DNA from: Alphaproteobacteria bacterium | Lineage (GTDB): Bacteria > Pseudomonadota > Alphaproteobacteria > GCA-2731375 | Length of the DNA stretch: 32,271 nucleotides | Reading direction: 5' to 3' | NCBI GenBank assembly: GCA_963577885.1 | Contig: CAUZBE010000002.1 | Coordinates: 1-32,271, forward strand | Part shown: positions 17,664 through 26,985 of the stretch, piece after piece | Numbering within the stretch: the stretch's first letter is position 1 | Layout: each line of letters starts with the position of its first letter | Made by a program: the position numbers and the translations under genes | Notes under the pieces: model-generated | Told to the model about the DNA's origin: nothing | The model's database searches: none | The model's input: only the letters and a program-made list of their open reading frames with translations

Positions 17664-18632
17664 ATGACCGCCGTCTTGGCCTGGTTATCAGCCCTGCCAC
17701 CGGCTTGCTATTGCCTATCTGGTCGCCTCAGCCGCCTATGTCTCTTTGTGGCGCGGCGACCACGACGGCTTGATCCATGCGGCGGGCCGCGATTTCATAA
17801 ATCTTTGGACCGCATCGCAATGGGTGGAGGCCAACCGCGCGGCGGATATTTTCGATCAGGGGACGTTCGCGGCAGCACAGCGCCAGCCGATGGGCCCTGC
17901 TTCCCGCTATATTTCTGGTCCTTTCCGCCCGATACCCTGTTCCTGACCTAGAAGCTATCCAGCCAGCCTTATCTCGGCGCTTTCGTTTTTTGGGGCCTCT
18001 GCGTCCTGTTTCTGATGCTGTACGCGGTGCACATGTTCTGGCCGTCTAAACATTTTCCCTGGCTGTTATTGCTAGCGCCGTCCAGTTTTCTGATTTTTTT
18101 CTGGGCTAGAACTAATTTATTACCACTGCCCTGACCCTGGCCAGCTTCGCGCTATTACCACTCCGCCCTGCCCTTCCAGACACGCTTCATGACAGGGGGC
18201 GAAAGGCTGTTTCAATGGATGATGGTAAGCTGGCTCATGTCCGGGCGGATCGCCAGTTTATCCGGATCCCTGAGACTAGCCCTGCAGGCGGTTCTGGCCG
18301 TTGCTGCCATAGTCATGGTCTATCGGGTCTTTCGCAGGTCCGGGGATTGGCGTTTGCAGGTTTCCCTGCTGTTCGCCGCGAACCTGGTGGCCGGCCCGAA
18401 GGGCTCCAATTACGACATGGGCATGATCTCAGTGGCATCGATCTATCTGGTCTGGGCGGCGGTTGAAAACGGTCGGCGGCGAGGCGAAATGGGCATCGTT
18501 GCGGCCTGTTGGCAATTGCCACTGATCGTGATGCCGTTGAATGCCTTCGGGGCGCCGCTGTTTTTGACGAGGTTGCTAATTTGCCTGTGTCGCCGCCTGA
18601 ACCTGGCCGCAAGCCACGCCGCCGCAAACTAG
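17664..18632 (+). pseudogene. Degraded polytopic membrane glycosyltransferase-like gene (GT87/DUF2029-like), with several frameshifts and in-frame stops
   Basis: Recognisable pieces lie in all three + frames. Frame 1: RLAIAYLVASAAYVSLWRGDHDGLIHAAGRDFINLWTASQWVEANRAADIFDQGTFAAAQRQPMGP. Frame 0: PLYFWSFPPDTLFLT-TAG(17949-17951)-KLSSQPYLGAFVFWGLCVLFLMLYAV...LLPLP-TGA. Frame 2: TALTLASFALLPLRPALP. Frame 0 again (18189-18632) is a hydrophobic C-terminal part. The DF.N.W...(I)YD...F....YPP-type pattern suggests GT87/DUF2029, and that family call comes from memory. Confidence 0.55.
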
Positions 18633-19606
18633 GACCGCACCTGCGGCGGTACGTGGGCCTCGAACCAGACCGCGACCGGGGCCAGTGCCGGATGCCGCAG
18701 CGCCTGATCCAGCAAATGCCAGAGCCGGGGTAGATGGACTAGGTAGCCTGGCTGTCCCTGCCTAGCTAGGCGGGTAAAAACGGCGATGACACGAACGTGG
18801 CGTTGCGCCGCCATGACGGCATGGGATAACTCGAAATCCGCCGGGGCAATGTGCGGAAAGGCGACGTGGTATCGGGCTAGACAATCCGCTGTCACGTCCG
18901 CGCCGACGTCGCGCCGGGCATCCTGCAGTAGCGAAACCAAATCGTATGTCACCGGGCCAATGCCGGCATCCTGAAAATCAATTAGACCGCAGGCCTGAAC
19001 CGATGGGCGGCCCGCTAGGTAAATTAGATTTCCTGCATGAAAATCCCGCAGCAGCAGCGATTGCGGCACGGCCATGGCTTGACGCAAGGGCACAGTCCAG
19101 GCACGGCTGAAATCGGCAATTATGCTCTCGCCCACCGGGCCCAGAATTTGGGGCAGATAACTTTCACAGAACAACATGGTCTGTTGCAGGAACTGCGGCC
19201 CGTCGAACACCGGCAAGGAAGCGGTTTCAGGTTCCGCAACAAAATTTCGGTGCAGATGGATCAAGGTGTCGACGGCAAGCCGATACAAGGGCAAGGGTGC
19301 CGATCCGCTATCCAATAGGGCAGTATATGTATCATCACCAAAATCCTCCACCAGCAGCAACCCATTATTCGGGTCGGCGGCCAGAATTAGTGGCGCGGAC
19401 AGGTTCACCGTGTCCAACAGGCTGGCGACAGAGATAAAACTCGTGGCAGTTTTGCTCGTCGGGGCCACCATCAACAATGCGCTGCGGTCTCCCAGAGTCA
19501 GACGTTCATAACGGCGAGAAGAGGCATCGCCCGCCAAGGGCGCGCGGCTGGCGTCCCGCCACTTAAGATGCCCCAGGAAGGCAGTCACATGCGCCGTGCT
19601 CAGCAT
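18629..19606 (-). CDS. amgK: Aminoglycoside-phosphotransferase-fold kinase, anomeric MurNAc/GlcNAc kinase (AmgK)-like
   Basis: LAGDASSRRYERL, RDFHAGNLIYL (catalytic loop) and IDFQDAGIGPVTYDLVSLLQDAR motifs. It lies directly downstream of tsaE, as in many proteobacteria. The ATG at 19606 (MLSTAHV...) is 4 nt after the tsaE stop. The longer ORF reaching 19714 overlaps tsaE by about 100 nt and is unlikely. Confidence 0.7.
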   Translation of the reverse strand: MLSTAHVTAFLGHLKWRDASRAPLAGDASSRRYERLTLGDRSALLMVAPTSKTATSFISVASLLDTVNLSAPLILAADPNNGLLLVEDFGDDTYTALLDSGSAPLPLYRLAVDTLIHLHRNFVAEPETASLPVFDGPQFLQQTMLFCESYLPQILGPVGESIIADFSRAWTVPLRQAMAVPQSLLLRDFHAGNLIYLAGRPSVQACGLIDFQDAGIGPVTYDLVSLLQDARRDVGADVTADCLARYHVAFPHIAPADFELSHAVMAAQRHVRVIAVFTRLARQGQPGYLVHLPRLWHLLDQALRHPALAPVAVWFEAHVPPQVRS

Positions 19607-19610
19607 GCCC

Positions 19611-20090
19611 TCACCAAAGGATTTGCCAGCGTTCGGGGCCAGAGGCATCGCCGATCGCGCGCAGCGACAATTGCCGGCTGTCACCGTCCCCGGCTTCGGA
19701 CAAATGAATTTCAATGCGGTGCCTAGGCAACCACGGCCCCAGGCGTTCGGGCCATTCGATTAGGCAGATGCCGTCGTCGAAAGCATCCTCGATGCCCAAC
19801 TCGATGACCTCATCGGGCGCGGCAAGACGATACAGATCGAAATGCCAGACTGTACCCAGGGCGGTATCGTAGGTCAGCAATAGATTGAAAGTCGGACTGG
19901 GTATGTCTTCATCGACGGCCAGGGCGTGTAGAAAGCCACGGGCAAAGGTCGTCTTGCCCGCGCCCAGGTCACCGTACAGACAAAACACGTCCCCCCGCCG
20001 GGCCAGTGCCGCCACGCTGGCTGCCGCGGCCGCCGTTGCCTCCGTATTGGGCAATAATCGGCGGCTCTCAAATATTGGGGGGTTGCTCAA
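19611..20090 (-). CDS. tsaE: tRNA threonylcarbamoyladenosine biosynthesis ATPase TsaE
   Basis: 159 aa. P-loop YGDLGAGKTTFARGF, then SPTFNLL..Y and HFDLYRL, the classic TsaE/YjeE motifs. Confidence 0.9.
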   Translation of the reverse strand: MSNPPIFESRRLLPNTEATAAAAASVAALARRGDVFCLYGDLGAGKTTFARGFLHALAVDEDIPSPTFNLLLTYDTALGTVWHFDLYRLAAPDEVIELGIEDAFDDGICLIEWPERLGPWLPRHRIEIHLSEAGDGDSRQLSLRAIGDASGPERWQILW

Positions 20091-20220
20091 TCCCCATCAC
20101 CAGTCGCCACGGCAAACAAATCAGCCCAGCCGCCCATCTCTGTCGTCCTCTGCGCAGTGTTACTGCTGCGAAGCTTAAGCGCCGTTCGACGCCAAGACAA
20201 GCAAGGCCGGGGCGATCGCG

Positions 20221-21516
20221 TTAGTAGCGGTAATAGTCTGGCTTGAACGGGCCTTCGGTACCGACGCCGATATATTTGGCTTGCTCGCTGCTCAACGTGG
20301 TCAGATGTACGCCCAGCTTCTCCAGATGCAGGGCCGCGACCTTCTCGTCCAAATGCTTGGGCAGGGTATAGACCTTGCACTCATATTCGGCATGTTTTTC
20401 CCACAACTCGATTTGCGCCAGCACCTGGTTGGTGAACGAGGCGCTCATCACAAAGCTGGGGTGGCCGGTGCCGCAGCCCAGGTTCACCAAGCGCCCTTCG
20501 GCTAGAACGATCAGGCGGCGGCCATTGGGTAGTTCGACCTCGTCAACCTGGGGCTTGACGTTGTGCCAAGGGTGATTACGCAAGGCATCGATTTGAATTT
20601 CGCTATCGAAATGGCCAATATTGCAGACGATGGCCCGGTCCTTCATCTCCCGCATATGCTCTATGGTGATGACATCCTTGTTGCCGGTGCAGGTCACAAA
20701 GATATCGCCCAGGGGCGCAGCCTCTTCCATGGTCGCGACCTGATAGCCTTCCATGGCCGCCTGCAGGGCGCAGATGGGATCAATCTCGGTGACCATCACC
20801 CGGGCCCCCTGGCTGCGCAGCGAAGCAGCGGAACCTTTGCCCACGTCGCCAAAGCCACAGACTACGCCAACCTTACCCGCCATCATAACATCCGTGGCGC
20901 GCTTGATGCCGTCCACCAGGCTTTCCCGGCAGCCATAAAGATTATCAAATTTGGACTTGGTGACCGAATCGTTGACGTTGATGGCGGGGACTACCAGGGT
21001 GCCGTCCCGCGCCATCTCGTACAAACGGTGGACGCCGGTAGTGGTTTCCTCGCTCAAGCCGCGCACATCCTTCATCAGCTCAGGATATTTTTCGTGCATG
21101 AGGCCGGTGAGGTCGCCGCCATCGTCCAGGATCATGTTAGGGCGCCAGCCGTCGGGCCCGATGATGGTCTGCTCGATACACCACCAGAACTCCTCCTCTG
21201 TTTCACCCTTCCAGGCGAAGGTGGGTATCTTCGCCGCGGCCATGGCGGCGGCGGCCTGATCCTGGGTGGAAAAGATGTTGCAGGATGACCAGCGCACTTC
21301 CGCGCCCAGCGCCAACAAGGTTTCCATCAACACCGCCGTCTGGATTGTCATATGCAGACAACCGGCGATGCGGGCGCCCTGCAAGGGTTTTCTGGGACCG
21401 AATTCCTCGCGCAACGCCATCAGGCCCGGCATCTCGGTCTCGGCAATAGTGGTTTCCTTGCGGCCCCAATCGGCCAGTGAAATGTCGGCAACCTTATAGT
21501 CGGTAAACGCGCTCAT
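20221..21516 (-). CDS. ahcY: Adenosylhomocysteinase
   Basis: [21 protein letters not shown] start, NAD-binding [15 protein letters not shown], and the C-terminal ...[16 protein letters not shown] lies 7 nt upstream of the ATG at 21516. The TTG at 21546 from the ORF track is unlikely. Confidence 0.97.
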   Translation of the reverse strand: MSAFTDYKVADISLADWGRKETTIAETEMPGLMALREEFGPRKPLQGARIAGCLHMTIQTAVLMETLLALGAEVRWSSCNIFSTQDQAAAAMAAAKIPTFAWKGETEEEFWWCIEQTIIGPDGWRPNMILDDGGDLTGLMHEKYPELMKDVRGLSEETTTGVHRLYEMARDGTLVVPAINVNDSVTKSKFDNLYGCRESLVDGIKRATDVMMAGKVGVVCGFGDVGKGSAASLRSQGARVMVTEIDPICALQAAMEGYQVATMEEAAPLGDIFVTCTGNKDVITIEHMREMKDRAIVCNIGHFDSEIQIDALRNHPWHNVKPQVDEVELPNGRRLIVLAEGRLVNLGCGTGHPSFVMSASFTNQVLAQIELWEKHAEYECKVYTLPKHLDEKVAALHLEKLGVHLTTLSSEQAKYIGVGTEGPFKPDYYRY

Positions 21517-21797
21517 GGATGGTCTCCCAGGGGCTGATCGAAGCAAGCCCTATTGTCCGTTAGAGTATATCCCATGTAGATACGCTCGGACCGTTTAAAA
21601 AAGAACGGTTTTTCCAATCACTAGATATCGAAAAGCGATTTTCTTTGATCCAAAATTGTTCAAACAGGCCGCCACAGTAGAAATTTCAGGCCCATATAAC
21701 GGTTACGAATCACCGTTGGTGAAGTCTGCGGCGCTGTTTAGCAAATAGGCTGGAATCGCGCAAGCATCAAAAAATCCTTATATGTTTAATCATTCAT

Positions 21798-22994
21798 TTA
21801 CTTTTTAGATTTAGGGCGCAGGCGAACGGCCAGAGCGAACATGACACAGCCCAAGGATAAGGCCACCAGCCACCAAGTCTGCCAGATCCCAAAGCTGAGA
21901 TTGGCCACGGTAAGGCCCGCCAGCAGCAGTCCGGTGGCCACGGCCCGTTCGCTACGCCGGCCTAGGTCCCCGGCACGCAACCACAGGCCAGCCAGCAATA
22001 TCGCCCATAAAACCGCCCCGACGCCACCAAGTTCCAACCAGATTTGCAGGCTCGCATTATGTGGGTGGAGGCCCATTATGTTGCCTCCCCCTGGCAGCTT
22101 GGTATTGCCGCCGGGTATCCGCCGCGAGGCGTCCATGCCCCAGCCCAGAACCGGCGCTTCGGCGATGCGTTCGGCCGTGAAGCGCCAGATATGCAGGCGA
22201 TGCAAACCGGAATAGTGGTTACTGTTGAAATATCCGGCCAGGCGCTCCGGCGCCAGCAAAGTGGTGGGCAATAGCGGCGCGCCCAGAACTCCGACCACCA
22301 AAAGGCCCGCTAATAGACGCTGCAGCCACGGCCCGGACCACCAGGCCACAACCGCGCCCGCCAGCGCCAGCGCCCCTGCAATCTGATTGCTGTTAGAGAC
22401 GCCCAGCATGATCACCGCCATGGCGGCCGCGATCGCCGTCGTAGCCCAGACCCGGCGGTCCCGCTGCAACAAGACCAAGGCGCAGGGTCCGGCGGCCAGC
22501 AGCAGCAGTGTTTCAGACCGGTTCAGAATGGTTCTCTGAAATTCATCAGCCCGTCCCAGCCACTCAAACCATAATTGGTAGGCGGCGGCGCCGGACAGGC
22601 TTTCCAACCCCAACAGCAGGGCCGCGAGGGTAAAAGCGGCCACCAATACCCGGCCGATCGGGCCTCTATCGCCAGGTTCAAGGTCATTTATACCGTCGAG
22701 CACGATCAGCGCCATGGCGGCCACGCCTACCAATCTTGCAAAGGTCCAAATTGCGGCTGCGTCATCCAACGCCCACAGGGCGGAGAGCAGGGCCCAGGCA
22801 CCTATCATGGCGGCCAGAATGGCGCTGCGGCCCTGGAAAGGACGGCGCAACTGGCCCTGACGCCAACGCCGTGGCAGCAGCCATAGGGCGACGACGAACA
22901 ACAACAGCACCAGGGCTTTTGGCGCAACGATGCCCACGGGAGCAAACAGGGCGGCCAGTAGGAACAGCGGGCGGGCTCGGGCGGACGGCATCAA
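21798..22994 (-). CDS. O-antigen ligase / O-antigen polymerase-like (Wzy_C-type) polytopic membrane protein
   Basis: 398 aa and almost entirely hydrophobic, with about 10 or more predicted TM segments and one larger loop (RLHIWRFTAERIAEAPVLGWGMDASRRIPGG). The start overlaps the upstream glycosyltransferase stop (ATGA at 22991-22994). The family call rests on topology plus gene context. Confidence 0.65.
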   Translation of the reverse strand: MMPSARARPLFLLAALFAPVGIVAPKALVLLLFVVALWLLPRRWRQGQLRRPFQGRSAILAAMIGAWALLSALWALDDAAAIWTFARLVGVAAMALIVLDGINDLEPGDRGPIGRVLVAAFTLAALLLGLESLSGAAAYQLWFEWLGRADEFQRTILNRSETLLLLAAGPCALVLLQRDRRVWATTAIAAAMAVIMLGVSNSNQIAGALALAGAVVAWWSGPWLQRLLAGLLVVGVLGAPLLPTTLLAPERLAGYFNSNHYSGLHRLHIWRFTAERIAEAPVLGWGMDASRRIPGGNTKLPGGGNIMGLHPHNASLQIWLELGGVGAVLWAILLAGLWLRAGDLGRRSERAVATGLLLAGLTVANLSFGIWQTWWLVALSLGCVMFALAVRLRPKSKK

Positions 22995-24136
22995 CCCGCG
23001 CCCTTTGCCGGCCGAACCGCATCATAGGCAGCCAAAGTATCGGCAACAAAGGCCTCGACCGTGAATTCCGCCAGGGCCAGCTGGCGGGCCGCAAGGCCCA
23101 TGGCCGCACGCAAGTCGGTATCATCCAGTAGTTTTTTAATGGCGGCGGCGGTGGCCGGGCCATCCCGCACGGGCACCAGAAAACCGCTTTCCCCGTGGCG
23201 GACAACTTCCCGGCAGCCGGGCACATCGGCGGTGACAGTGGGCAGACCGCAGGCCGCCGCCTCTATCAAGCCGCGGGGCAGGCCTTCACGATAGCTGGGC
23301 ATGCAGATAACGTGGGCCTGGGCTAAAACCGCCGGCATATCCGTGCGAAAGCCCCACCATTCGACCAGTCCTTCCGCCTCCCAGCCACGGATCGTCGCCT
23401 CGGCCACGTCCGTGGGATTGGCCGGATCGCGGCGGCCGACCAGGATGAAGCGGGCGGTGGTGCCGGCGGCTTTCAGCTGCCGGGCGGCATGGATGAATTC
23501 ATGCACCCCCTTGTCACCCAGAATGCGTGCCGGAAACATGACCACGACAGGCCCGTCTGGCGGGGAGATGGGGGTAAAGGTCGTCATATCCACGCCACAA
23601 CCCTTGATCATCAGGGTGATGTCTTGGCGGACTAGGCCGTGATCGAGAAAAAGCCTCAAGTCATCGGGATTTTGAAAGATCACCCGGGCATTCGGGTGGC
23701 CCAAGGCAAAGCGGTACAAGGGCATGATCAGGGCCCGGATCAGCCTGGCCGGCCAATCGTCCCGGATGAATAAAAAACCCAGGCCGGTAACCGCGTGCAC
23801 CACCCCCGGCACCCCCAACAGGCGCGAGGCCAAGCCCCCGAAAATGACCGGTTTCATGGCCACGTGATGCACCAGATCCGGTTTGATCCCGCGGATTAGA
23901 CGCAAACAGCTGACAAGCAGGCGCGTCTCTCCCAACAGGCCGCGGCCGCCCCGTTTCAGGGGCAGGTCGTAATATTGAAAGCCGCAATCACGAATGACCG
24001 CGACGGAGGCGGCCTCGAAGGGGGCCGCCACATGTACCTCGTAGCCGTCCTTTTGCGCGGCCAGGGCCACGGGTAAACGGTGCGTGGTAAAAAACAAGGC
24101 TTCGTTCATCAGGAATAACAAACGCGGTCCGGTCAT
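22991..24136 (-). CDS. Glycosyltransferase, GT4 family (GT-B fold)
   Basis: N-terminal [32 protein letters not shown], and a C-terminal EX7E-type region [33 protein letters not shown]. The ATG at 24136 overlaps the asnB-like stop (ATGA at 24133-24136). The longer ORF reaching 24196 is unlikely. Confidence 0.8.
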   Translation of the reverse strand: MTGPRLLFLMNEALFFTTHRLPVALAAQKDGYEVHVAAPFEAASVAVIRDCGFQYYDLPLKRGGRGLLGETRLLVSCLRLIRGIKPDLVHHVAMKPVIFGGLASRLLGVPGVVHAVTGLGFLFIRDDWPARLIRALIMPLYRFALGHPNARVIFQNPDDLRLFLDHGLVRQDITLMIKGCGVDMTTFTPISPPDGPVVVMFPARILGDKGVHEFIHAARQLKAAGTTARFILVGRRDPANPTDVAEATIRGWEAEGLVEWWGFRTDMPAVLAQAHVICMPSYREGLPRGLIEAAACGLPTVTADVPGCREVVRHGESGFLVPVRDGPATAAAIKKLLDDTDLRAAMGLAARQLALAEFTVEAFVADTLAAYDAVRPAKGAG

Positions 24137-26046
24137 TGTGCCCGACCGTCCAGCCAGGACTGGAACATCAGAATATCCCACAGCTGATGTTGCCAATTGC
24201 GTCGGCCCGAAAGATGTTCGGCCCAGAGGCGGCGGATCGGGGCGGGATTGAAATAGCCGTCACCTCTCAGGCGTTCGGGCGCCAGCAAATCCTCAGCCCA
24301 TTCGCGCAAGGGGCCGCGCAACCAGTCGTGGATCGGCACCGCGAAGCCCATTTTGGGCCGCTCGATCAATGCCCTGGGCACATGGCGGTAGAGCACTTGG
24401 CGCAGCAGCCGCTTAGATACGCCGCCGCCCAGCTTCATGGTGAGCGGCAGGGACCAGGCGAAGGCCACGACGCGATGATCCAGCAGGGGCACCCGAGCTT
24501 CCAGGCTGACGGCCATGGAGGCGCGGTCGACCTTGGTCAAAATGTCGTCGGGCATATAGGTCATGGCATCCAGATACATCATCGCGTGGGCCGGGTTCGC
24601 CAGATCGGCGCCCTGATGCGGGGCCAACCCGCCACTCCGGTTCAGCACCATGGCTTCGGCCTGGGGCCAATGGCTGGTCAGGCCTTCGTACATCTGGGCC
24701 GCATCGCGGGCGTGCAGGACACCGGCCAGCTTGTGCAGTTTGTCGCCTGGATTGTTCTGGCCCAGATATTTCGCCAGACGGTCCCATTGCTGTGGCGGCA
24801 GGGCGGTCAACAGGGTGGCCAGGGCGCCTTTGACGGGACCTGGCAACCAGCCGGTGGCGCGGATCAGGCGCTCTACCCAAAGATAACGGTTGTAACCGCC
24901 AAAAATTTCGTCTCCACCATCCCCGGACAAGACCACGGTGACTTTTTCCCGGGCCATTTTTGACACCAGATAGGTCGGTATCTGCGATGAATCGGCGAAT
25001 GGCTCATCATACATCCCACCCAGACGGGGCACCACATCCAAGGCATCGGCCTCGGATAGATACAGCTCGTTATGATCGGTGCCCAAATGTTTGGCGACAG
25101 CCCGCGCGTCGACGGCCTCATCATAGCCAGCAGCGGAGAAGCCGATGGAAAAGGTCTGGATCGGGCGGCTGGATTGCTGCTGCGTCAGGGCCGCGACAGT
25201 GGATGAATCTATACCTCCCGACAGAAATACCCCCAACGGAACATCAGCCACCATACGGCAGCGCACCGCCTCGGCCAGCAACTTTTCTAGTTCCCCTGCG
25301 GCTTCTTTTTCGCTGCCCCGAAAGCGGTTTGCCTGGCCCTGTTCGGCCACCTGGCGCAAGGACCAGTATGGTGCTAAATCGATCTTGCCATCCGGTCCAC
25401 AGCGCAGGATTGTCGCGACCGGCAGCTTACGTACGCCAGCGTAAATGGTTCCGGGCGCGGGCACGCAGTTTCGTTTCAGGTAGAGGACCAGGGCGTCCCG
25501 GTCGATAACACCTTGAAAAGACGGATGGGCGCGCAGGGCCTGAATTTCCGAAGCGAAGATCAGATGCCGGCCCATTTGCGCGTAATACAGCGGCTTGATC
25601 CCCAGCCGGTCGCGGATCAGCACCAAGGTGCGGTCCCGACGATCCCACAAGGCGATGGCGAACATGCCGACAAAGCGTCCCACTGCGGCCTCCACGCCCC
25701 ATTCGACAATCGCGGCCAGAATCACTTCGGTATCCGAATGACCGTTGAAACCATGGCCTGTCGCCGATAATTCTTGGCGTAATTCGGCGAAGTTATAGAC
25801 CTCGCCGTTGTAGGCGATGACATAGCGGCCATCGTGGGAGGCCATGGGCTGGGCCCCCTCGGCGGAGAGATCAATGATCGACAGGCGGCGATGGCCCAGG
25901 GCGATGCCGGCATCGGCATCGACCCAATGGCCGCCCGAGTCCGGCCCCCGATGCAGCAGCGTGGCCGCCATGGCCTGGACCTGACGGGTCAGGATCTCGG
26001 CCGGCGTGGCCGGTTCACGCTCTAACGACCCTGCTAGGCCACACAT
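24133..26046 (-). CDS. asnB: Asparagine synthase (glutamine-hydrolysing)-family amidotransferase, polysaccharide-cluster type
   Basis: 637 aa. Ntn nucleophile start MCGLAGS, HRGPD, GEVYNF, and the PP-loop [14 protein letters not shown]. It is first in a three-gene translationally coupled unit. Confidence 0.88.
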   Translation of the reverse strand: MCGLAGSLEREPATPAEILTRQVQAMAATLLHRGPDSGGHWVDADAGIALGHRRLSIIDLSAEGAQPMASHDGRYVIAYNGEVYNFAELRQELSATGHGFNGHSDTEVILAAIVEWGVEAAVGRFVGMFAIALWDRRDRTLVLIRDRLGIKPLYYAQMGRHLIFASEIQALRAHPSFQGVIDRDALVLYLKRNCVPAPGTIYAGVRKLPVATILRCGPDGKIDLAPYWSLRQVAEQGQANRFRGSEKEAAGELEKLLAEAVRCRMVADVPLGVFLSGGIDSSTVAALTQQQSSRPIQTFSIGFSAAGYDEAVDARAVAKHLGTDHNELYLSEADALDVVPRLGGMYDEPFADSSQIPTYLVSKMAREKVTVVLSGDGGDEIFGGYNRYLWVERLIRATGWLPGPVKGALATLLTALPPQQWDRLAKYLGQNNPGDKLHKLAGVLHARDAAQMYEGLTSHWPQAEAMVLNRSGGLAPHQGADLANPAHAMMYLDAMTYMPDDILTKVDRASMAVSLEARVPLLDHRVVAFAWSLPLTMKLGGGVSKRLLRQVLYRHVPRALIERPKMGFAVPIHDWLRGPLREWAEDLLAPERLRGDGYFNPAPIRRLWAEHLSGRRNWQHQLWDILMFQSWLDGRAQ

Positions 26047-26416
26047 CTAATACCCCAATCAGGATTGCTCAAGACTGACCCCGACGAGAAACAATCTCAT
26101 ACCTGCCAAGCCACTTGGTCAAAATCTGGCCGCCCATCCCTGTCAAATTTCACGTCCAGAGTCCATCCACACCTACCTTGGACGGCTATCCGAATCGAAT
26201 CAGCAGATCATAGAATAGCGCCGTTCCCCCGCAAGCCGGGAATTGCGCCGAAACCTGCCTGAGCCGCTATTGTATTTGCGTCCATGGGTTATTGTAGGAC
26301 GCTATGCCGTCCGAAAGACGAAACCATTTCGCCCGCACGGGTACTATAATGCCTGGCGGAACATCCCGGTGTGATGGCATAAGGAGGTGATGGCGAATGG
26401 GCCGCGTGCGCGATAA

Positions 26417-26548
26417 TCAGGCCGCCGGCAGCTTAGCAAAGTCCGTCCGGCGCTTTTCTGTGAAGGCAGCGATGGCCTCGCAGTTCGCGGGCGCGCCGGT
26501 CAGGCGGCCAGCCAGCAGGACCCCAGGGAGGGAATGACCGCCTAAAGC
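26417..26548 (-). pseudogene. Possible remnant of an enoyl-CoA hydratase/crotonase C-terminus
   Basis: A short minus-strand frame bounded by stops reads ALGGHSLPGVLLAGRLTGAPANCEAIAAFTEKRRTDFAKLPAA. The E.IAAF.EKR...F motif is the canonical crotonase tail, but no upstream body is present. Only about 40 codons survive, so this is tentative. Confidence 0.3.
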
Positions 26549-26735
26549 CTATGTTTTCTGCGGGTATTACGACCTATTTCGATTGCTACCCGCAAACCTA
26601 CCCCCAAACTAGCTTGGCATTGAAAGCGTAGTCGGGTCCCTTTGGGCAAATCCGGAACAGCCCCCAATGCCGCAACAATTAAAGCTTTCACAAAGAGCTC
26701 CCGTCATCGACAGAGGGCGACGGAGAGCAGCGTTC

Positions 26736-26882
26736 CGCGCACACGATGCCTGGGATAGCCCATCGAGGACCGAGGCCCACCGGCAGGCCATGATGGAGCT
26801 CATCGACACCGGACCCGCTCACATCGCGCACCCCGCAAGGTGGGCTCCGTTCGTGGTGGTTGGTGAAGGTGCGAGGCGGTAG
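26736..26882 (+). pseudogene. Remnant of a CHAT-domain protein C-terminus
   Basis: The end of ORF 26667..26882 reads ...RAHDAWDSPSRTEAHRQAMMELIDTGPAHIAHPARWAPFVVVGEGARR. (A)LRQAM..LI.....HP..WAPFVVVGEG is the characteristic CHAT-family tail. No CHAT catalytic core lies upstream, and the spacing suggests an internal deletion. Confidence 0.45.
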
Positions 26883-26985
26883 CTGTCCGACTACCGCTCA
26901 CCAGCCCCAGAGACCATCATGCCGATGGCAACCAGGACGGTCATGCACTAACATTTAAACCGGACCACTCAACGGGGGCCTACCA

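Noticed and set aside
10514-17951. In-frame TAA/TAG/TGA inside otherwise coherent ORFs as evidence of stop-codon reassignment or programmed read-through
   Set aside because: All three stop codons terminate the well-conserved genes of this window at the expected protein lengths (for example TAG for gyrB, the PBP and ppdK, and TGA for glyQ, glyS and dapF). The affected genes also carry frameshifts or other degenerative changes. Pseudogenisation is the simpler explanation.
20563-21288. 241-aa ORF on the + strand inside ahcY. There are similar long antisense ORFs at 5034..5678, 5998..6678, 3175..3720, 12703..13326, 13214..13735, 15750..16532, 24136..24963 and 8580..9112.
   Set aside because: All lie antisense to, or out of frame within, genes with unmistakable conserved motifs. 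Their translations are Arg/Ala/Gly/Pro-rich and low in complexity, as expected for stop-poor alternative frames in high-GC DNA. None shows a recognisable motif.
21590-21613. Hairpin plus T-run as an intrinsic terminator
   Set aside because: The T-run follows the stem only on the + strand, where no gene ends upstream. On the minus strand, where the ligase-like gene does end upstream, the stem is not followed by U residues. The stem is only 6 bp with an A/T-rich loop. It is kept as a motif observation, not a terminator call.
21517-21797. Possible SAH riboswitch in the ahcY leader
   Set aside because: Reading the minus strand, I could not find the conserved core segments that I associate with the SAH element (GAGGAGCGCUGC-like and CAGGCUCGG-like strings). 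The region is AT-rich and not GC-structured. A covariance-model scan would be decisive.
26065-26262. 65-aa ORF (and other 60-70-aa ORFs at 26609..26809) in the gene-poor stretch after the asnB-like gene
   Set aside because: There is no RBS, no motif and an alternative-start codon. The region is better explained as promoter DNA plus decayed gene tails.
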